This document shows positions 57,925-64,000 of a stretch of 64,000 nucleotides of DNA, one piece after another. The position numbers and the translations under genes are program-made. Location: the NCBI GenBank assembly GCA_965249135.1, contig OZ252220.1, positions 1,376,001 to 1,440,000 of the forward strand, written 5' to 3'. The first letter of the stretch is position 1, and the number at the start of each line of letters is the position of its first letter. Under the pieces are notes generated by a model. It was not told the origin of the DNA, ran no database searches, and saw only the letters and a program-made list of their open reading frames with translations. This DNA is from Alphaproteobacteria bacterium. GTDB lineage: Bacteria; Pseudomonadota; Alphaproteobacteria; GCA-2746255.

Positions 57925-59157
57925 ATGGCAAGCCGGCCTGAAAAAATCGTCTTCGAAGGCGCCCATGGATTGAAGCTTGCGGCGCGGCTCGACCGTCCGA
58001 AGGGCCCTCCCAAGGCCTATGCGCTTTTCGCCCATTGCTTCACCTGCACGAAAGACATCTTCGCCGCCTCGCACATCGCAAGCGCGCTTGCCGAAAGCGG
58101 AATTGCCGTGCTGCGCTTCGATTTCACCGGCTTAGGCAGCAGCGAAGGCGAGTTCAAAAACACGAATTTCACGTCGAACGTCGAGGATCTCGTGGCCGCC
58201 GCGGACTACCTTCGAGCTGAGCTCAAAGCACCGAAAATCCTGATCGGTCACAGCCTGGGCGGTGCGGCGGTGCTGGTCGCGGCAAGCCGCATCAAGGAAG
58301 CAATTGCCGTGGTAACCATCGGTGCGCCTTCCAGCCCCGACCATGTGAGCCACCTCTTCGAGGGCGGGCTCGACGCCATCGCCGAGCATGGCGAGGCCGA
58401 AGTGCGCATTGGCGGGCGGCCCTTCCGCATTCAGAAACATTTCCTGGAGGACATCGCTTCCCAGAACATGAGGGAAGCGATCGGGTCATTGAAACGGGCG
58501 CTGCTGGTTTTCCATTCGCCGGTCGACCAAACGGTCGGCATCGAGAACGCGCAGGAGATCTTCGTCGCGGCGAAACATCCGAAAAGTTTCATCTCGCTCG
58601 AGGATGCGGATCACCTGCTCGGCAAAAAGAAGGACGCGACCTACGTCGCCGAAACCCTTGCCGCCTGGGTGAAGCGCTATCTCGACGGGGAAAGGGAGGG
58701 CGAAACGGCGCCCAAGCTGGACGCGGCGGAGGGCACCGTGCTTGTCGCGGAGACGGGGACGGGCAAGTTTGCGAACGTCATTCAAACGGGCCTCCACCGC
58801 GTCGGCGCCGACGAGCCGGTCGCCTTTGGCGGCACGGATACGGGGCCGTCGCCCTATGACCTTCTGCTGGCGAGCCTCGGCGCCTGCACATCGATGACGC
58901 TTCGCATGTACGCGGACCGGAAGAAGTGGCCACTTGAGAAGGTGGCCGTCACGTTACGCCACCAGAAGATTCATGCAAAAGACTGTCGGGACTGCGAGAC
59001 GAAGGGGGGAAAGGTCGACGAGATCGAGCGCGAAATCGAAGTCGAAGGCCCGCTCGACGCCGAGCAGCGTGAAAGGCTGCTGGAAATCGCCGACAAATGC
59101 CCGGTCCATCGCACGCTCCATTCGGAGGTTCGCATCGTCTCGCGATTGAGCGAATAG
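57925..59157 (+). CDS. Bifunctional alpha/beta hydrolase-OsmC family protein
   Basis: FAHCFTC, GHSLGG, then OsmC ADEP..GG.DTGPSPYDLL..LGACT...KCPVHRTL. Confidence 0.92.
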   Translation: MASRPEKIVFEGAHGLKLAARLDRPKGPPKAYALFAHCFTCTKDIFAASHIASALAESGIAVLRFDFTGLGSSEGEFKNTNFTSNVEDLVAAADYLRAELKAPKILIGHSLGGAAVLVAASRIKEAIAVVTIGAPSSPDHVSHLFEGGLDAIAEHGEAEVRIGGRPFRIQKHFLEDIASQNMREAIGSLKRALLVFHSPVDQTVGIENAQEIFVAAKHPKSFISLEDADHLLGKKKDATYVAETLAAWVKRYLDGEREGETAPKLDAAEGTVLVAETGTGKFANVIQTGLHRVGADEPVAFGGTDTGPSPYDLLLASLGACTSMTLRMYADRKKWPLEKVAVTLRHQKIHAKDCRDCETKGGKVDEIEREIEVEGPLDAEQRERLLEIADKCPVHRTLHSEVRIVSRLSE

Positions 59158-59162
59158 TTCTT

Positions 59163-59993
59163 TCAGGCAATCTCGCGCAGAAGCCCGATGCCGGCTTCGC
59201 AGTCCACGTAACGAAGCCGGTAACACGCGCCGGCCTCCGCGATCTTCAGGAGGCGTTGCAGCTTCGTTTCCGCATCGATTCCTTGAGTGAAATACCGCCC
59301 CATGAGATCGCGAAGCACCTCGCTCTTGCCGATCGCCTCCATGCTGGCGGAGCCCGAGCTCATCCGATCGAGGAGCACGATGGCTAAAATGGGCGCCGCC
59401 TCGCCAAACTCGGCGATCTCGCCCGGCCTCAAGCCCACGAACCGTCCATAGTCGTTGCCGAGCACCTCGCGTTCACGCAGGAAGCCGCAAAACCCATCCG
59501 TTACGTTTTCGGGTAGCGGCAGACGAAGCCTGGGCGCTACGCCAAAGGAAAGGGCGCTTCCTTCGCTTTCGCGCACCGCCAGCACGTCGTCCGTGAAAAC
59601 GGCCGCACCCGCCGCCGCCCCGTGGACCGCCATCGTGCTCTTGCCGACCTTGCCGCTGGCCGGGAAGACGAGCAGCCCGCCCTCCCACCTCATGGCCGCG
59701 GCATGAATGCAAAGCAGCTCGGGATTGGCGGCGATGAAGGCGATATAGAGTTCGGCAAAGAAGCCCGCGACGGCTTCGTAATCGTCGATGTAGTCGTAAG
59801 GCGCGGAATCGAGCCCTTGGGATTCGACCCGGTAGCCCGTCCGCGTCCGCTCAAGCACGACGACCGGGTTGAGCGGATCGCCATCCCACGCCCCGTTCGG
59901 CCAGGTCGCGATCGGGGCGTGAAGGAAGGGCAGGAGGTGATCGCAGCCTGCGAAGGAAATCGGGGACGGGACCCCTTCGAAACGAAGCAGCAT
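59163..59993 (-). CDS. HPr-kinase-related P-loop kinase (not the PTS HprK)
   Basis: CIHAAA, Walker A variant ASGKVGKST, FTDD, plus PRLRLPLP. Confidence 0.75.
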   Translation of the reverse strand: MLLRFEGVPSPISFAGCDHLLPFLHAPIATWPNGAWDGDPLNPVVVLERTRTGYRVESQGLDSAPYDYIDDYEAVAGFFAELYIAFIAANPELLCIHAAAMRWEGGLLVFPASGKVGKSTMAVHGAAAGAAVFTDDVLAVRESEGSALSFGVAPRLRLPLPENVTDGFCGFLREREVLGNDYGRFVGLRPGEIAEFGEAAPILAIVLLDRMSSGSASMEAIGKSEVLRDLMGRYFTQGIDAETKLQRLLKIAEAGACYRLRYVDCEAGIGLLREIA

Positions 59994-60034
59994 GGGTTAG
60001 AAAGGCGGGCTTAAGCCGGCAACCGGAAGCGCGA

Positions 60035-60244
60035 TCAGGAAGGCCGGCTCGGCCGCGTCGGCCGGGTGGGCCGGGTGGGCCGCGTCGGACAGGACTTCCC
60101 CTTGCCGCAGGGCGAGGGCTTGATCTTCGCCATCGCGCTGCCGTCGAGATGAAGCAACACCGGCGCCGTGTAGACGACCGCCGCCCCGACGCCTAATCGG
60201 GCGAGTGCCTTGCGGCGATTGATTTCCTTGGTTTCCGATGCCAT
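60035..60244 (-). CDS. Small twin-arginine-leader peptide with (P-T/S-R)n tail, putative precursor peptide
   Basis: NRRKAL, hydrophobic core with YTAPVL, AMA site, CGKGKSC, PTRPTRPTRPTRPSRPS; repeat units use different synonymous codons. Confidence 0.75.
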   Translation of the reverse strand: MASETKEINRRKALARLGVGAAVVYTAPVLLHLDGSAMAKIKPSPCGKGKSCPTRPTRPTRPTRPSRPS

Positions 60245-60371
60245 CGCTTTTTACCCAATCCCGGTTACGTGGGGTCCGCCTGCCGATTCGCAACAAGTCT
60301 ACCCCCCATTTCTTTATATCCCATTTCCGCAGGCACGAAAAACGCCGTCCCCATTAACCATGTTTTTCCTT

Positions 60372-61529
60372 TTAATTCAAAGCCTCCTCAAGGATGTAGA
60401 TCAACTCGACCACCGGTTTCCCGAACTCGAGGCGCACGGTTTCCCGGCCCGCCTCGCGAAGGTGAAACCGTCCCTTCGCCAACGCCGGCAGGTAGTCCGG
60501 ATGATGGGCGTAACGGCCGGAAGGCTGAAGGGTGAACCCTTCGTCCTTCCCCTTCTCGAGCGAGAGCGCAAAAAGCCCCCCTGCACGCAATGCTTGGAAG
60601 GCAGCCGTCATAAGCGCTTCGAGATCGCCGAAATAGACCAGCGAATCGCAGGCGATCAGAAGGTCGTAAGCCGGCTCGGGCGCCCGCTCGAGGAAGGTAA
60701 GCGCGTCTTCCACATGGAGCGCGTCGTAAAGGCCACGCGCCTTGGCCCGTGAGATCATTTCCTGCGAAAGGTCCACCCCCGAAAGCGTGTTCGCCAGTTC
60801 CCGAAACGGAATGCCTGCGAGCCCCGTCCCGCAGCCGATGTCGAGAATGTCGAGGGGGCCCGAGTTTCGGTCGACGACGCGCCGGACGTATTCAAAGAGG
60901 ATTTCCGGCCCGCGGTAGTTCAGGCTTTTGCAAAGATGTTCGTCGAAGATTTCGGCGTAAACGTCAAAATAGTTCTACACATAGGCTGCCGGCGGGCGTG
61001 GCGGCATTTCTCCTTCTCCGAGTGCGGCGATCATGAAGCCCACCTCGACGTCATCCGGATCCAGCTCCTGGCAGCGGCGATAGCAACGTAGCGCTTCTGG
61101 CTTGCGGTTCAGGTGACTGAACGTTTCACCAAGCCGCCAATGGGCTTTTTCATAATTGGGCTTAAGCGCGATCGCGCGCTCGAAGAAGGGGGCGGCACGT
61201 TCATGCTGGCCTTCCATCGTCAGCGCCTTTCCGATCGCATAGGCGTTGCGTGCTTCGACCCTTGTGCGTCGATTATGAATCTCGGCCGCTTCGTCCTTGC
61301 TTCCTTGTTCCACCAGTAGGCTTTCCAGGGCTTCAAGGGCCGCCAGGTGGCGGGGCACGCGCGTAAGCAGGTGGCGGGGCACGCGCGTAAGAAGGTCCCG
61401 GTAGCCGGCGACGGCGTCGGCAAGACGGCCCGCTTGACGATGCTGCTCGGCAAGGTAATAAGCCTGCGCCTCGTCGGGTTCTGCCGCGTCCGACGGCCCC
61501 AAGGACTTACTCGACGCCTTCGGCGTCAT
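60372..61529 (-). pseudogene. TPR + class I SAM methyltransferase interrupted by one in-frame TAG
   Basis: Frame continues past TAG at 60975-60977: AAYV*NYFDVYAEIFDEHL...ILDIGCGTG...GVDLSQEM...SGRYAH. Confidence 0.8.
61344..61391. repeat. 24-bp in-frame tandem duplication
   Basis: CAGGTGGCGGGGCACGCGCGTAAG twice, giving LTRVPRHL twice in the protein. Confidence 0.93.
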
Positions 61530-61539
61530 TGCATTTCCC

Positions 61540-63027
61540 TTATTTTGCGATGCGGGTGATCGTCTCGCTGGTGCTGTAGCCGTCCATGATGTCGGCCAAC
61601 AGGATCTTGCCGCCGTAGCTCATCACGAAGTCGGCGCCGACCACTTCGTCCACCCGGTAATCCGCACCTTTTACCAGCACGTCCGGACGGATGGCCTTCA
61701 ACAGGCGAACCGGCGTGTCCTCCGTGAAGACGATGACGAGATCGACATCGGCGATGGAGGCAAGCACCGTTGCCCGTGCCATCTCGGCCTGTATGGGGCG
61801 GTCCGGACCTTTAAGGCGCGTGACAGACGCATCGCTGTTTAGACCGACAATCAGCCGGTCGCAGGCCGCCTTTGCCTGACGCAACAGCGCCACATGGCCA
61901 GGGTGGAGAAGATCGAAACAGCCATTCGTAAAACCGATGCGAAAGCCCTGCCGGCGCCAGCGCTCAATCGTTTCGTTTGCCTGCCCCAGCGAGACGATGC
62001 GATCCGCGCTCGCCAGAAGGTCGCGTTCATGGAGCGCCGCGATGAGATCCTCCGGGTGCACGACGGCGGTCCCCACCTTGCCGACGACGATGCCCGCCGC
62101 CACGTTCGCGAGATAGGCGGCATCCGAAAGAGAGGCCCCCGCCGCGAGCGCGGTGGCAAGGGTTGCGATGACCGTATCGCCGGCCCCGGAAACGTCAAAC
62201 ACTTCCCGCGCCTTCGCCTGCAGGTGTTCGGCTTTTCCTTCCTTCGTCACCAGCGTCATGCCGCGGGCGCTGCGCGTCACCAGGACACCGTTCACGCCTG
62301 CACTTTTCAAAAGCGTGCCGGCTGCCGCGACGATTTCCTCATCCGTTGCAACCGGCAACAGCGTCGCCTCGTGAAGCTCGCGCAGGTTGGGGCTAAGGAG
62401 CGTGGCGCCGCGGTAGCGTGAATAGTCGAAGCCCTTTGGGTCGACGAGGACGGGCACGCCTGCTTTCTCGGCGAGCGCCAGGATGCGTTCGGCAGTCTCA
62501 CCCGCAAGCACGCCCTTCCCATAGTCGGAGAGCAGAAGGACGCTTGCCGATGGAAGGGCTTCCTCGATGCCGTTCAGGAGCGTTGCCTGCGCGACGTCGC
62601 CGGGCAGGGCAGGCGTCTCCTGATCGGCGCGCAATAATTGCTGGCTTCCCGCGATGAAGCGGTTCTTGATCGTCGTCTGGCGGCCCGGTTCGATGAGGAC
62701 GCCGCCGTTGCCGGTGCCTTCTTTGCGGATCAGATCCCGTATCTCACTTCCCGCCACATCGTCGCCGACGAGGGCGAAGAAACGGACCTCGGCCTCATAC
62801 GCCAAGAGATTGCGAAGCACGTTTCCGGCGCCGCCAAGAACCGTCGCCTCCCGCTTGACATGGAGAACGGGAACCGGCGCTTCCGGCGAGACCCGCTCGA
62901 CATCGCCATAGACGAAGCGATCGAGCATGATGTCGCCGATGCAAATGACCTTGGCTCCGCGAAAGGCCTCGACCTTTGAGGTGAAAGCGGAAGGATTGCC
63001 GGCTGGGTTATCCGTTTCCTTGTTCAT
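61540..63027 (-). CDS. hldE: Bifunctional heptose 7-phosphate kinase/1-phosphate adenylyltransferase
   Basis: RVSPEAPVPV, SDYGKG, DVSGAGDT, then TNGCFDLLHPGH, KGADY. Confidence 0.95.
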   Translation of the reverse strand: MNKETDNPAGNPSAFTSKVEAFRGAKVICIGDIMLDRFVYGDVERVSPEAPVPVLHVKREATVLGGAGNVLRNLLAYEAEVRFFALVGDDVAGSEIRDLIRKEGTGNGGVLIEPGRQTTIKNRFIAGSQQLLRADQETPALPGDVAQATLLNGIEEALPSASVLLLSDYGKGVLAGETAERILALAEKAGVPVLVDPKGFDYSRYRGATLLSPNLRELHEATLLPVATDEEIVAAAGTLLKSAGVNGVLVTRSARGMTLVTKEGKAEHLQAKAREVFDVSGAGDTVIATLATALAAGASLSDAAYLANVAAGIVVGKVGTAVVHPEDLIAALHERDLLASADRIVSLGQANETIERWRRQGFRIGFTNGCFDLLHPGHVALLRQAKAACDRLIVGLNSDASVTRLKGPDRPIQAEMARATVLASIADVDLVIVFTEDTPVRLLKAIRPDVLVKGADYRVDEVVGADFVMSYGGKILLADIMDGYSTSETITRIAK

Positions 63028-63039
63028 CGGACCCACTTC

Positions 63040-63627
63040 CTAGACGAGACCGAGTTCCTGCTCAAGCGCCGAACACAGCATCTGGCCAAGCGTGATGTGC
63101 ATTTCCTGAATGCGCGCCGTCCGATCGGATGGCACGATCAGCAGCGGATCGGCGAGCCCTTTCAACTCGCCGCCATCTTTGCCCCCTAGCGCGGCGGCGG
63201 CGAGACCCATCTTCTGGGCCTGCTTCAGCGCCAACAGCACGTTCGGGCTGCGGCCGGACGTGCTGATCCCGATCGCCACGTCGCCGGCCTTGCCGAGCGC
63301 TTCCACCTGACGCGCAAAGAGCTGGTCGAAACCGAAATCGTTGCCGATCGCCGTCAGCGCGGAGGTATCCGTCGTCAGGGCGATCGCCGCGATCGCCTTG
63401 CGGTTCTTCGAGAAACGGACGGTCAATTCCGTCGCCAGGTGCTGGGCGTCGGAGGCGCTGCCGCCATTGCCGAAGAAAAGGAGCTTGCCTCCCTCGCGGA
63501 TCGTCATCGCCGACACCTCGAGGAGGCGACAGAAAGGCTCATAAAGCGCCTTCTCCGTCGCCGCGACGACGGTGGCATGTTCGGTAAACTCGGCCGCGAA
63601 GAATTCCTGAAGATTAAGTTTCGTCAT
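63040..63627 (-). CDS. gmhA: Phosphoheptose isomerase
   Basis: GNGGSASDAQH, IGNDFG, ISTSGRS, TARIQEMH; ATG 63627. Confidence 0.95.
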   Translation of the reverse strand: MTKLNLQEFFAAEFTEHATVVAATEKALYEPFCRLLEVSAMTIREGGKLLFFGNGGSASDAQHLATELTVRFSKNRKAIAAIALTTDTSALTAIGNDFGFDQLFARQVEALGKAGDVAIGISTSGRSPNVLLALKQAQKMGLAAAALGGKDGGELKGLADPLLIVPSDRTARIQEMHITLGQMLCSALEQELGLV

Positions 63628-63631
63628 GGGC

Positions 63632-64000
63632 TTAAGAACGCTTGCCTTTCGATCCCAAGAGCGAGCCCAGATAGTACCAGATAAAAAAGCTGTTCGTGAC
63701 CAGATAGCGTTTCCACAGATACCGTGGCTCGGTGGCCAACCAGAACAGCCACTCAAGGCCTGCCTTCTGCATCCAGACCGGCGCGCGGCGCACGGTGCCG
63801 GCGAAGAAGTTGAAGGCGGCGCCGACGCCTAGCTGGACGCCCTTCAGATGCGGTGCGTAGGCCGCCATCCAATACTCCTGCTTCGGGTAGCCAAGTCCGA
63901 CGAAGACGAGGCGGGCCCCCGAATCGTTGATCCGCGCCACCAGCTCGCCATCCATGGCGGGCTCGAGGGGAAGCAGCGGCGGCGATTCGATGCCGGCGAT
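63632..64000 (-). CDS. WecB/TagA/CpsF glycosyltransferase (5' end outside window)
   Basis: IAGIESPP...FVGLGYPKQE...GVGAAF...RAP...GLEWLFWLATEPR; frame is open to the window edge. Confidence 0.9.
   Translation of the reverse strand: MAGIESPPLLPLEPAMDGELVARINDSGARLVFVGLGYPKQEYWMAAYAPHLKGVQLGVGAAFNFFAGTVRRAPVWMQKAGLEWLFWLATEPRYLWKRYLVTNSFFIWYYLGSLLGSKGKRS

Noticed and set aside
59163-60244. Classical lasso peptide cluster
   Set aside because: No asparagine-synthetase-like cyclase, transglutaminase-like protease or RRE nearby, and the predicted core has no Asp/Glu for macrolactam formation.

Overview
A GC-rich alphaproteobacterial chromosome segment, probably Rhodospirillales-like (inferred from gene order and the presence of divL). 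Most of it is conserved backbone: bolA-dnaJ-like-cobS-cobT, rpmB, methylmalonyl-CoA mutase, ffs-dnaX-ybaB-recR, nudC, pheA, kdsB, hisN-yejABEF, lepA, hprK-rapZ-manX-HPr-ahcY-divL-tsaE-amgK-murU-addB-addA-trxA, pckA, polA and gmhA-hldE. Two accessory stretches follow tRNA genes: after tRNA-Ser (about 22.8-29.8 kb) and after tRNA-Arg (about 53.3-61.5 kb). No integrase, transposase, rRNA or CRISPR array is evident. The best candidate for an undescribed system is a 69-aa peptide gene (twin-arginine plus YxxPxL leader, Cys pair, (P-T/S-R)n tail ending in Ser) directly upstream of an HPr-kinase-like enzyme, suggesting a minimal phospho-peptide (RiPP-like) pathway. Other highlights: a bacterial TPR-PRMT protein with eukaryotic PRMT9-like architecture, a coupled Cys-rich protein/TauD-like oxygenase pair, a PQQ dehydrogenase carrying the lanthanide-ligand Asp, a copper chaperone in the position usually held by chvI-chvG, tandem DnaA-box-like 9-mers upstream of divL, and many short tandem duplications. 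All family calls come from motif recognition by eye; no database searches were run.
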